The notes under the pieces were generated by a model that was given only the letters and a program-made list of their open reading frames with translations, made no database searches and was not told the origin of the DNA. This document shows positions 17,812 to 26,164 of a stretch of DNA of 48,764 bases, in pieces (position 1 is the first letter of the stretch; every line of letters starts with the position of its first letter). The stretch is from a virus (lineage: Duplodnaviria; Caudoviricetes), in IMG/VR virus record IMGVR_UViG_3300048854_000069, positions 1 through 48,764 of that record; one strand, 5' to 3'. Both the position numbers and the translations under genes were made by a program.

Positions 17812-18061
17812 GAATCGCTCGCTGAGGTTTCGCGCCCACGAATGGGCTGCAAATCGGTTTTCATGGGTTCAATACCCGAACATCCGTGCGCAATCGCACA
17901 ATGCCGAGACGTCCAGACTGCGGTTCACGAACCAAATGCCATTCGGCAAGCGCCTGGACATAGCAATGTTCAGCCTAGCTGCGCTGATCGCTGGCATATT
18001 TGCGCTCGGTGTCGTCTGTACGCTGATCTGGGCATTTATCGGCCCAATTTTCGGCCTTTAA
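17810..18061 (+). CDS. Small antisense membrane protein (possible moron)
   Basis: 83 aa with C-terminal TM; exactly fills the gap between two minus-strand tail genes. Confidence 0.5.
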   Translation: MNRSLRFRAHEWAANRFSWVQYPNIRAQSHNAETSRLRFTNQMPFGKRLDIAMFSLAALIAGIFALGVVCTLIWAFIGPIFGL

Positions 18062-18546
18062 ATCTCATGGTCATATTCCAGGCTTGGCGGCATAGCGCCC
18101 CGCCCAAGCATGCCGCGCACTAGCGCGCGCCCCATGATCTGTTGAATCAACCGGTGATTGTGTTCAACAGCCGGCCCGAGCACCGCACGCGGCTCCTGCT
18201 TCTCGGTACCAAGCTCGAACCACACCAAATGCTGGTCGTCTGAGCCCACGATGGCCTCGTTCCAGCTGGTCTGATGCGAAATCGAGTCACGCATCTCGCC
18301 TGATCGCAAGCCCGGATCGTTCTCGGAATATCCTTGCCGAACCCGGTCCTCTTTTGTCGACTCGGCCAGCTCGGGCCACGCACCGTATGGGCCGATACCC
18401 TGCTGATAAGAGCCGATCTCGTCCTTCGCCGTCTTTTCAATCGCCGACGCCGCTTTTTCCAAGCCGTGATGCGCTTCAAGCGCGACGCTTGCCTGAAGCG
18501 TCAGCAAATGCGCAGCAAATTTACCGAGACTCGAGAACTCCATCAT
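18058..18546 (-). CDS. HK97 gp10-like neck/tail-completion protein
   Basis: SGEMRDSI...VG......WFELGT.KQ.PR..LGPA motif. Confidence 0.7.
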   Translation of the reverse strand: MMEFSSLGKFAAHLLTLQASVALEAHHGLEKAASAIEKTAKDEIGSYQQGIGPYGAWPELAESTKEDRVRQGYSENDPGLRSGEMRDSISHQTSWNEAIVGSDDQHLVWFELGTEKQEPRAVLGPAVEHNHRLIQQIMGRALVRGMLGRGAMPPSLEYDHEI

Positions 18547-18722
18547 CACTTTTCCTCAAATTCCATCGTGGAATAGTTGAATTTGTGCCCTTCGAACTCG
18601 GAAAACTTGATGCAGAACGCGGCGCGCGTCGCGTCGTCCAGCGAGAAAGCCGTATCAAAGTCGATGCCGTTCTTGACGAGCCACAAGGCTTCGCTGATCG
18701 GTACCGACTTTGCTATTTTTTT
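18546..18722 (-). CDS. -1 frameshift extension of the tail assembly chaperone (gpGT-like)
   Basis: Slippery A-AAA-AAA immediately before TAG; the -1 frame is open (IAKSVPISEALWLVKNG...MEFEEK*). Confidence 0.75.
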   Translation of the reverse strand, partial: KKIAKSVPISEALWLVKNGIDFDTAFSLDDATRAAFCIKFSEFEGHKFNYSTMEFEEK

Positions 18723-19087
18723 ATGGCTTCCTGCGCCTCCTCGGGGTTTTCAGCACCGAAGTGCTCATTTACACCCTTCATGACCGCCTCGACGCCGTGA
18801 TCGTCAAGCCGCACGATCAACGCGTCGATCTCGCGCTCGGTATTCGGCTGCAGCACTGGATCGCCATCGACCGAAACCACGTAAGTCAGCGGCATCACCA
18901 TGCCGACGTACACTTGGTTCTTCGCCGCGTCGCCGAGAATCTTGATCAGCCGGAACTGGGACAATATGCCCGGCTTCTTCAGCGCGATCACACGGCCGGC
19001 AGAGTCCGTTACCGTGACTTCCTGCGCGGCTTGTGCGATCAGTTCCTTCGAGGGCGTAGCGCCCTCGTTCACCGTTACCTTTGCCAT
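18713..19087 (-). CDS. Tail assembly chaperone (gpG-like)
   Basis: Follows the tube gene; ends AIKK at the slippery site; GGGG RBS-like sequence. Confidence 0.8.
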   Translation of the reverse strand: MAKVTVNEGATPSKELIAQAAQEVTVTDSAGRVIALKKPGILSQFRLIKILGDAAKNQVYVGMVMPLTYVVSVDGDPVLQPNTEREIDALIVRLDDHGVEAVMKGVNEHFGAENPEEAQEAIKK

Positions 19088-19095
19088 GCTGCCCC

Positions 19096-19527
19096 TTATG
19101 CCGTCTTGATTTTGCGTGAACCCATGAACTTCAGGCTCATTTTCACAGTCGCGTCCGAAGACCACTCGCCCGCGTCATCCAGCGCCAGATAGACGCCGTC
19201 CGTGCGGTATTGCGTGGTCTGGCCGTTCGGCTCCTGCTTCGTCTCATAGATCTGGCAGGGCTGCTCGTTGATGCCGGCGTAATAGTTCGCTTCCAGCTGC
19301 GAGAAATAGTCGTCCAGCGTGCTGTCGCGCCGCTCGATGTCGAACGATCCAGACCAGCCGTCGAAGAAGCGAAGGTGGTCGGTTATGCCATTAAGCAGCT
19401 TCACGCGAACATCGGTCGTTTCCTGCTTCGAGCGGAACTTCGTGATACCCGTGATGCTCAGCGGACCGGTCGCCGTCTGGATCACGAGCGTCAGGTCGCG
19501 GCCGACCGAGTAATTATTTTGCGGCAT
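19096..19527 (-). CDS. Tail tube protein
   Basis: 143 aa, beta-rich, immediately downstream of the sheath. Confidence 0.8.
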   Translation of the reverse strand: MPQNNYSVGRDLTLVIQTATGPLSITGITKFRSKQETTDVRVKLLNGITDHLRFFDGWSGSFDIERRDSTLDDYFSQLEANYYAGINEQPCQIYETKQEPNGQTTQYRTDGVYLALDDAGEWSSDATVKMSLKFMGSRKIKTA

Positions 19528-19539
19528 GTCGCGGCCCCT

Positions 19540-21051
19540 TTACTTCGTGATGACGGTCGTCTGACCGCCTTGCAGGTTGATGAGGAAGTTGCGCACAACC
19601 GCCTTGTATCGCGCCTGCACGTCGGCCTGCATCCAGCCCTGGCTGATCCGCGAATCGGTGTTGTTCGACTTGTCGAGCGTGACCTTGTACGAATCGATCT
19701 GGCCGGCGTCGACCATGTTCTGCATGTACTGAGCAATCCCGGCATACGCTTCCGCTCGGGTCTGGTCGTACACCTGGAAGCCCTGCAAGCGACCGATAAA
19801 CTTGCCGCCCCACGCATTGAGCGAATAAGCGATGTAGTTCGTGAGGCGCGTGTAGGAATCTTCGTGCAGCGCTTGGTCGGAACTGGTGTTCAAGCCCAGC
19901 ACGTCGCTGAAGTAAGGGCCGCCCGGCGACGGATTCGTGATCACGTCGATGCCGGCCTGCACGAGCTGAAGCAGGTCTGCCTGCGCGTACGGTTGGCCGC
20001 TGACCGTGCGCTGCGTGCCGACGATCCCGTACAGTTGCTTGTTCAGCGACGAATTCTGCGGCGCAGCGTTGGCGAGGTAACCAACGATGAAGCCTTGCGG
20101 CGACGTCAGGCGAACCTGATTGTTCACCGTATCGTTGATGTAGACCCAGTCGCCGAGCATCAGCTTGAACGAATACGAGTCGATGCCCGCGGTGGCCTTC
20201 GTCGAAATAGCGTTCGCAATTGTGTCGCCTACCGGGCCGGTACCGACCATGTAGACGCCTTCCGACAGACCGAACGCCACCTGTGCGGCGTACGTGGTCG
20301 AATCGTCGCAATCCACCAGAGCGCCCACCGATGCGCCAGTCATGCGCAATGCATACATGCCCTTGCGCGCGGTCGTATCGACGCCGAGCAGCGTGGAACC
20401 CGTGATCGTGGTTGCACCGTCCGTGCCGCCAGAAAAAGTCGCGGTGGTGGGAACCGTCGGCACCGTCGTACCCGCGCCAGCCGAAGCCGTCACGAGTTGC
20501 GACGGGCCGCGCAGCTGGCTGTTGCCGTTGTTGATCGCCTGGACGATCGCTGCCGAGAGCGCAGCGCCGGTTCCGACCAGATTGTCGAAAACCTCGGCCG
20601 GATAACCGGGAAGTGTCAGCGTCAGCTTAAACGAGCTCGCTTTCGTGCCGGCCGTGAAGGTGGCAGACAGCCCGTTGCCGAGCGTGCCCGTGTATTTGGC
20701 GGTGAGCGTGACGAAGTTCGTGCCGAGAACAGCCGATGCAGCCGCGTCCGTTCCGTCGGAGACGCGCACGAGCGCATATGCACCGACAACGCCTTGCTGA
20801 CTCGCATTCCACAGCGCGGTCATCAGGTCGTATTTGCGGGCCTGCATCGGACCGAACTTGACCGATGCGTCGTTGTAAGCGGTCGCAAACACGGGAACAC
20901 CCACAGGGCCCCACGAGCCGACGCCAACGAGGCCGCCGATATTGCTCGGCACGCCGTTCACGGGCGCCGGGCCCGGTGGGACTATCTGGACAATTACGCC
21001 CGGAACCTGCTGGGCGGTGACATTCACTTGCCCCTGCTGTACCACAGTCAT
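19540..21051 (-). CDS. Contractile tail sheath protein
   Basis: 503 aa; PGV.VQIVPP, GVG.WGPV..PV, FSGGTDG and C-terminal sheath motifs. Confidence 0.9.
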   Translation of the reverse strand: MTVVQQGQVNVTAQQVPGVIVQIVPPGPAPVNGVPSNIGGLVGVGSWGPVGVPVFATAYNDASVKFGPMQARKYDLMTALWNASQQGVVGAYALVRVSDGTDAAASAVLGTNFVTLTAKYTGTLGNGLSATFTAGTKASSFKLTLTLPGYPAEVFDNLVGTGAALSAAIVQAINNGNSQLRGPSQLVTASAGAGTTVPTVPTTATFSGGTDGATTITGSTLLGVDTTARKGMYALRMTGASVGALVDCDDSTTYAAQVAFGLSEGVYMVGTGPVGDTIANAISTKATAGIDSYSFKLMLGDWVYINDTVNNQVRLTSPQGFIVGYLANAAPQNSSLNKQLYGIVGTQRTVSGQPYAQADLLQLVQAGIDVITNPSPGGPYFSDVLGLNTSSDQALHEDSYTRLTNYIAYSLNAWGGKFIGRLQGFQVYDQTRAEAYAGIAQYMQNMVDAGQIDSYKVTLDKSNNTDSRISQGWMQADVQARYKAVVRNFLINLQGGQTTVITK

Positions 21052-21063
21052 TTTCTGACTCCA

Positions 21064-21090
21064 ATAAAAAAGCCGCCCGTAGGCGGCTTG
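21064..21090 (-). terminator. Terminator after the HNH gene, fused to the sheath RBS
   Basis: AAGCCGCC-TACG-GGCGGCTT-TTTTATTGGAG. Confidence 0.8.
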
Positions 21091-21107
21091 CATTCAATGT
21101 GAAATGG

Positions 21108-21818
21108 CTACAGCAGAAAACCTAGCGACTGCATGAAATCGATCGGGTCTTTTGCATGCTTCGTTAAATTACATTTTGGACAAAGCAACTGCAGGTTCGA
21201 AGGGTCGTTTGTACCACCCTTCGAAAGCGCGGTCCGATGATCAATATGGAAATCAAATAGCTTCCCTTTGCAACATGCGCATCTACCGCGTTGCAGCGAT
21301 TTCAATCGCTCGACATCGTGCGGCGTAAATCTGCCTTCTGCGCATCGCTTCCTTGCCTTGTATGCGCGCTTGTGCATTGCGATCAACGGCCTATTCGCCC
21401 TCTCCCACACCATCCTTTTGGATCGCAAAACGTCTTGGTTCGCAGCTCGATATTCGCGCATAGCGGTCAATCTAACTGAGCGATTTTTCCAATAGTCACG
21501 CATTGACCATTCAAGGCGTTTCTCGGGATTGGCTTTTCGATAACGATCGTTTGCCGCCTTCGCAGCCTCCGGACTGTTTTCTCGATACCGTTTTGCCCTG
21601 TCCCGAACCTTTTCAGGATTCGCTTGCGCCCATGCCTTAGCCTGAGCCGCGCGCTTATCACGATTCTTCGCGTGATGTTCTGAATTGCTCTTGCTTTTGC
21701 AAGCCCGACACCACGGATTCAACCCATCGCTTCTGTGATTTTGCGCCCCGAAAGAGCTTACATGCTGTTCAATCCGGCATTTGCTGCATATCTTGGTGAT
21801 ACCATTGGCAACAGCCAT
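21108..21818 (-). CDS. Free-standing HNH endonuclease
   Basis: CACC...HIDH...GGTNDPSNLQLLC..CN..K; N-terminal CxxC pairs and basic helical repeats. Confidence 0.9.
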   Translation of the reverse strand: MAVANGITKICSKCRIEQHVSSFGAQNHRSDGLNPWCRACKSKSNSEHHAKNRDKRAAQAKAWAQANPEKVRDRAKRYRENSPEAAKAANDRYRKANPEKRLEWSMRDYWKNRSVRLTAMREYRAANQDVLRSKRMVWERANRPLIAMHKRAYKARKRCAEGRFTPHDVERLKSLQRGRCACCKGKLFDFHIDHRTALSKGGTNDPSNLQLLCPKCNLTKHAKDPIDFMQSLGFLL

Positions 21819-21842
21819 CGTTCACTCCGAAATAGTGGATGG

Positions 21843-21893
21843 TGGTTAGAAGCCCCGATCGTGTTAGCGCACATCGGGGCTTCGTCATTATGC
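21843..21893 (-). promoter_or_regulatory. CATAAT box plus conserved hairpin leader of the HNH gene
   Basis: Minus strand CATAAT-GAC-GAAGCCCCGATGTGCGCTAACACGATCGGGGCTTC-TAACCA. Confidence 0.7.
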
Positions 21894-21895
21894 CG

Positions 21896-22078
21896 TTACT
21901 TCTTGTCGTCGGTGACGAACACTTTCGGCATGTCGATGCTTTTCTCGGCCGCGACGTCTGCCACGCGCACCACGTACGAAGCGCGCTCAGACTTCAAAAC
22001 TTGATCCGCTTCAACGCCATCAGCGATCAGGTCGCCAACTTTGTAGTCACCAAACTGTTCGATTACACGCAAGCCCAT
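21896..22078 (-). CDS. Small virion-associated protein (60 aa) upstream of the sheath
   Basis: MGLRVIEQFGDYKVGD.I; GAGG RBS. Confidence 0.65.
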   Translation of the reverse strand: MGLRVIEQFGDYKVGDLIADGVEADQVLKSERASYVVRVADVAAEKSIDMPKVFVTDDKK

Positions 22079-22085
22079 GGCTGCC

Positions 22086-22925
22086 TCACTGATATGTGGT
22101 TTGAACCGGGCCACCATTGGCCGAAAACGTCTGCTCGATCGCGACGACCTGATATTGCTTGTCGACAACCGTTGTTGCGTACTCGACGGTGTACAGCAGG
22201 TCACGCCGGTACAGATTCGCTTTCTCGAGGTCGTCGAGCAGCGGACTGCCTTTGTAGATCAGCCGGCCGCCCGTGCCATCGGCAAGCGTAATGAATTTCA
22301 TGTCCGACAAAGCCGCGTCGATTGGTTGCGCGACTGCATCGCGACTGGCCGGCACGTCTGCCCAGATCGTGATCTGAAACGTACGCTCCTGGCGCCGCGT
22401 TTCGCGCACACCCTGTCCAGCGGTACCGACGCGTGCCGCGCTCACGACAGCGCCCGGCGCTACGTTGATCACCGCACCGGTGTTTGTCGTTCCCGGCACA
22501 TCACCCGCGATCAGCGCAGCGAGGCCGGTGGCGATGGATGTAAGCGAATCCGACGGCTGGACTGCATACGGATACGGCTTGTGATTCACGACGATCGCGA
22601 CGTTGTGCGCGGCGAACGGATTCGGAAAAGCGCCGCCGATTGTCACCGCTTGCCCCGCCACTGTCGCCGTAAGCGTCGGCGTTGTCGCAACGACACTCGC
22701 CGAGCGCGTCATGTAGCGCGACGTGTTGCGCTCGTCCGGCCGCGGATATACCGAGACGTTCACAACCTTCCTGGCGAGATCTGCGTCAAGCTGCGCCGGG
22801 ATCGGCCAACCGCGGCGAAACGCGACCGTCAGACCGGAAATTGATGGTTGAGCCGTGCCGTTCGGGTACGTGATCTGGCTGCAAAACGAAGCCAGCGAAG
22901 CCATCACATCGGATACGTCAGCCAT
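22086..22925 (-). CDS. Tail completion/terminator-like protein
   Basis: 279 aa between head-closure and sheath genes; GAGGG RBS. Confidence 0.65.
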   Translation of the reverse strand: MADVSDVMASLASFCSQITYPNGTAQPSISGLTVAFRRGWPIPAQLDADLARKVVNVSVYPRPDERNTSRYMTRSASVVATTPTLTATVAGQAVTIGGAFPNPFAAHNVAIVVNHKPYPYAVQPSDSLTSIATGLAALIAGDVPGTTNTGAVINVAPGAVVSAARVGTAGQGVRETRRQERTFQITIWADVPASRDAVAQPIDAALSDMKFITLADGTGGRLIYKGSPLLDDLEKANLYRRDLLYTVEYATTVVDKQYQVVAIEQTFSANGGPVQTTYQ

Positions 22926-22949
22926 CCCTACCCTCTCGTGCCATCGGCA

Positions 22950-23291
22950 TTACGTTTCCAATCGTTCGCACAGCGCGTTATAGCCCATCGAATTCCAGTA
23001 CGGCGCCAGCACTTGGTACCGCGCGCCAAGATCATCGGTGATGACGTCATGGTTCTGCAGCACGCCGTTCGCGCCCTTGAAAAACACGCGCCACAGCGTC
23101 GCCTTGCCGTCGGCAGGCAATTTTGTGCGATTGTCCTGCCCTTGACGATCAAGCTGGATGTTCGCCGGCACGCCAGAGAGAACGGACGTTTCCTTCGATG
23201 GATCAAGGCCGCCGTAATCGTCGTTGTAGCCAGGCGCTGACGCTTGCTGAGGTCGCGTGATTGCGATGACTCTCGGATACATGAAGCTCAT
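22950..23291 (-). CDS. Head closure / head-tail adaptor
   Basis: 113 aa, beta-rich (D.ITDDLG.RYQV); position in the neck module. Confidence 0.65.
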   Translation of the reverse strand: MSFMYPRVIAITRPQQASAPGYNDDYGGLDPSKETSVLSGVPANIQLDRQGQDNRTKLPADGKATLWRVFFKGANGVLQNHDVITDDLGARYQVLAPYWNSMGYNALCERLET

Positions 23292-23650
23292 ACCGCGAAA
23301 ATCCCCGCGCCGAATGTGCGCCGCAACTGAAGGAAGTACTGCCCATAGGGCGTACTCAAATACGAGTCACCCGTCAACCGAGCGACCGCCACCTTGTCGG
23401 AAAACTGGATTGCTGTATCCCCGGCTTTCTTCATGATCGCACCGGCTTCGTCGCCATCGGTCACGCCTTGCGCGTTCTGATCGCCAAAAGCGATCTGATG
23501 AGCGACCCAGTATGCGATCGCATCATCAGATACCGTGCCCCACGCGACCGGATCAATGTACGTCGCCGACTTGTTGATCCAATACTGGATTCGAGCCGGC
23601 AAGACATTGCTGAATTCAGGGAATTGGAGGATGAAGTCGTCCGGCGTCAT
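23288..23650 (-). CDS. DUF4054-like head-tail connector protein
   Basis: F...FPEF N-terminus, AH, and STPYGQ.F..L motifs. Confidence 0.75.
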   Translation of the reverse strand: MTPDDFILQFPEFSNVLPARIQYWINKSATYIDPVAWGTVSDDAIAYWVAHQIAFGDQNAQGVTDGDEAGAIMKKAGDTAIQFSDKVAVARLTGDSYLSTPYGQYFLQLRRTFGAGIFAV

Positions 23651-23652
23651 GA

Positions 23653-23919
23653 TTATTTCGAGTCGTCTTTCTTGGAACTGTCGACGCGCAGCGCGCCTTC
23701 GTCGAAGTAGCTTTTTGCCACGACGTTGTCCTTTCGGATTGCGTCGAGATCAGCCGATTCGATTTCAGCTTCGCCGGCGATAACGCGTGATTGCTGCGTC
23801 TTTTCGTCGGTCTCGGTGTGCGCGCCGGGGATCGTGACCGACAACGTCTTGTTGGTGCTCGCCATGCTCGACAGAATGATGTCGTGCTCGCGGATGTTCT
23901 TTACGATGACTTTCGCCAT
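23653..23919 (-). CDS. Hypothetical virion protein
   Basis: 88 aa after the terminator with GGAG RBS; usual post-capsid position. Confidence 0.7.
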   Translation of the reverse strand: MAKVIVKNIREHDIILSSMASTNKTLSVTIPGAHTETDEKTQQSRVIAGEAEIESADLDAIRKDNVVAKSYFDEGALRVDSSKKDDSK

Positions 23920-23931
23920 GTTCTGCTCCAA

Positions 23932-23955
23932 TAAAAAAGCGCCCGCAGGCGCTTA
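23932..23955 (-). terminator. Terminator after the second HNH gene, fused to the next RBS
   Basis: AAGCGCC-TGCG-GGCGCTT-TTTTATTGGAG. Confidence 0.8.
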
Positions 23956-24579
23956 TTCGTGTCTGTTGCTCTTGCGGACATTGTCCGCGCCCGGTATCGC
24001 TTGCAGGTTCCATGGAACATGCAGCCCACAAACTCGCTTGCCCTGCAACGGCACCACGTGATCGACGTGATGCTGAATGCCGGTTAATGTCGTGAGCGTT
24101 ATCGCTTTCCGATAAACCGCTTCGATCTCTGTATGATGGTCAAGCGTCAACCATGCGGGCATCGCTCGAAGTTCGGCTGCTCGGCGCTTGGCATCGTGCG
24201 CATTTTTTCTGTCTCGGTTGTTGGCTGCCCATTCCCGAGAAATCTCAGTGATACGCGATTTGTTATTCGCATTCCACTTCAGACAGTAAGCACGCGCCTT
24301 ATCACGATTAGCCTCTTGCCACGCCCGAAACTTATCGCGCTTCAGTTTTCTGTCCGCCTCAGACAACGAAGCGTATTGCCTGGCTTTTGTCTTTCGGTTC
24401 GATTCCGCGCACGCGAGAGGATTTTCGGCTTTCCATCGTGCCGATTTCATCCGTTCGCAATCACAACAGCATTGATTGCTTGTCCGTCGCTTTGCAACAT
24501 GCCCATATTTACATGGTACGCCGGTGAAGTAGTGGGCAGACTTGGCTTTGACTGCCTGCGAATAAGACTCTGGAAGCAT
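23953..24579 (-). CDS. Free-standing HNH endonuclease
   Basis: YFTG.PCK.GH...R.....C..C N-terminus; HVDHVVPLQG..VCGLHVPWNLQ......N..KSN. Confidence 0.9.
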   Translation of the reverse strand: MLPESYSQAVKAKSAHYFTGVPCKYGHVAKRRTSNQCCCDCERMKSARWKAENPLACAESNRKTKARQYASLSEADRKLKRDKFRAWQEANRDKARAYCLKWNANNKSRITEISREWAANNRDRKNAHDAKRRAAELRAMPAWLTLDHHTEIEAVYRKAITLTTLTGIQHHVDHVVPLQGKRVCGLHVPWNLQAIPGADNVRKSNRHE

Positions 24580-24582
24580 CTT

Positions 24583-24635
24583 TAGTTATCCAAACGTGTT
24601 GGATAAACTATACCGAAGTCTGCCCTCTATATCAA
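24583..24635 (-). promoter_or_regulatory. sigma70-like promoter and hairpin in front of the HNH gene
   Basis: TTGATA (24635-24630)-N17-TATAGT (24612-24607); inverted repeat TTATCCAA...TTGGATAA just before the ATG. Confidence 0.65.
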
Positions 24636-25627
24636 ACGTTATCCATGTAATACGCGGACTTCGGATAGCGCCAGAACACCCCGCTGTACTTGTACTCGCC
24701 CGGCACGCGAACCGCGAGGTTCAACGGCTGAGGAGCCAGAAAGCGCAACGGCAGCGGAACGTACATTGCCAGACGCGACGGATCCTTCTTGTAAAAGACC
24801 GCACGCGTGACACCGCCTTGGCCAGCCGTATCAAGACCGTAGCCAGGCTGGATGTTCAACTGAATGTTCTTCGAGTTGAAAGCGATGTTGTTCTGCTTCA
24901 AATACGTCAGAATCGTCGTATCCGTGTTCGCCGAACGCGGCGTGCTCGCGAGATACGAGTACACCAGCGGCGGCAGCAAAACCGTATCCGGCAGATCGTT
25001 GTATGCCGTGTTGGTCCACACGAGATTCAAGCCGGCGTTGAAATCCGACAGAATCTGTGCAACGGTCGTTGTACCGTTGGCCCAGTTGCCTGCGGTTGCA
25101 TTGCCACGCGGAACCAGCGGGTTGTTGAACAGGCCGGTCAGGTCCTTTTCGCCGTACAGACCAACATTGTTCAGGTGCCGACGATAGCCTTCTTCAGCAG
25201 CCATCAAGCGCGCTTGCGGCAACGGCTGACGCAAATATGCCGAACGACGCAGCTCTTCTGACGTGTAGTCATAGCCGATCGCGCCTTGGTAGACGGGATT
25301 CGACTTCTGGTCGTTCGAAACATCAACGAGCGGGATGTCGTGACCTTTACCGCTGATGCGCTTGCCGCGACCGACGAAGTCCATCACTTCATAACGGATC
25401 GAATCTGCCCATTCACCGGCTTCCGTGTTGATCGGGATGAATTGCTCGTATTGCATCGGTACGTACAGACGCTTGAACGTCTGCGCTTCGGTGTAAGCCA
25501 GTTGGCTCACAAGGAACGCGAGCGCGTTCGTATCGTCACCGACCGAGATCGGCGAACCGATCGCTTGCCGCAAGTGAGGACGGATCGAGTCGAATGCGAC
25601 GATCCGCTGCTGTTCGTACTTATTCAT
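24632..25627 (-). CDS. Major capsid protein (DUF2184 family, HK97 fold)
   Basis: 331 aa; Y...EL..., G..GLFNNP, PDT.LLPP and YPKS..Y.D motifs. Confidence 0.85.
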   Translation of the reverse strand: MNKYEQQRIVAFDSIRPHLRQAIGSPISVGDDTNALAFLVSQLAYTEAQTFKRLYVPMQYEQFIPINTEAGEWADSIRYEVMDFVGRGKRISGKGHDIPLVDVSNDQKSNPVYQGAIGYDYTSEELRRSAYLRQPLPQARLMAAEEGYRRHLNNVGLYGEKDLTGLFNNPLVPRGNATAGNWANGTTTVAQILSDFNAGLNLVWTNTAYNDLPDTVLLPPLVYSYLASTPRSANTDTTILTYLKQNNIAFNSKNIQLNIQPGYGLDTAGQGGVTRAVFYKKDPSRLAMYVPLPLRFLAPQPLNLAVRVPGEYKYSGVFWRYPKSAYYMDNV

Positions 25628-25657
25628 TTGATGAACTCCAGTGTGCAGATCGTTGTA

Positions 25658-26137
25658 TTAACCAGAAATCCGAACCATGCCGAGCGCGCCCGATGCCGTG
25701 GTGGTTTCCCACACAGCGTTCGGAACTGCCACACGACCGGTGCCCGCTGCGCCGCCCGTTACACCGCCGAGCGTGCCGTTGCCAGCTGTCAAGCTGAGAA
25801 CTGCGTCGCCGCGTGTAACTGCTTCGGCAGCCAGCACCCAGATGTACCCTTCCTTAAGGATGGGTACCGTGTCGTACTGGTTGTAAAGCAGAACGCCAGA
25901 CGAGTTAGCCGGGCGGATGGCGTAGCGCACGGAGATGCCGATGATCTTGTCGGCGTCAGCGGCAGGCGCTTTACAGGTGTCGTCGGCGGCGGAACGCGCG
26001 ACAGCACGACCAAAGTCGATGCCGATTGTCAGATCGTTCGTCTTGCTTTCGATGGTTGGAACGTTCAGGTCGGCGATCATGCCGGGATAGCCCGGATCGT
26101 GAAGCATGCCGCCGTAGGTGCTCAAATCGATGCTCAT
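25658..26137 (-). CDS. Capsid decoration/cement protein
   Basis: 159 aa between the protease and MCP; IDFG.AV and G.IWV motifs. Confidence 0.7.
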   Translation of the reverse strand: MSIDLSTYGGMLHDPGYPGMIADLNVPTIESKTNDLTIGIDFGRAVARSAADDTCKAPAADADKIIGISVRYAIRPANSSGVLLYNQYDTVPILKEGYIWVLAAEAVTRGDAVLSLTAGNGTLGGVTGGAAGTGRVAVPNAVWETTTASGALGMVRISG

Positions 26138-26164
26138 GTTCTTTTCCTTTGAGGCGTTGTCAGG

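Noticed and set aside
19210-21102. 630-aa plus-strand ORF
   Set aside because: Antisense shadow of the sheath/tube genes in GC-rich DNA; no RBS or recognisable motifs. The same applies to other long antisense ORFs (25286-26152, 26177-26980, 27586-28413).
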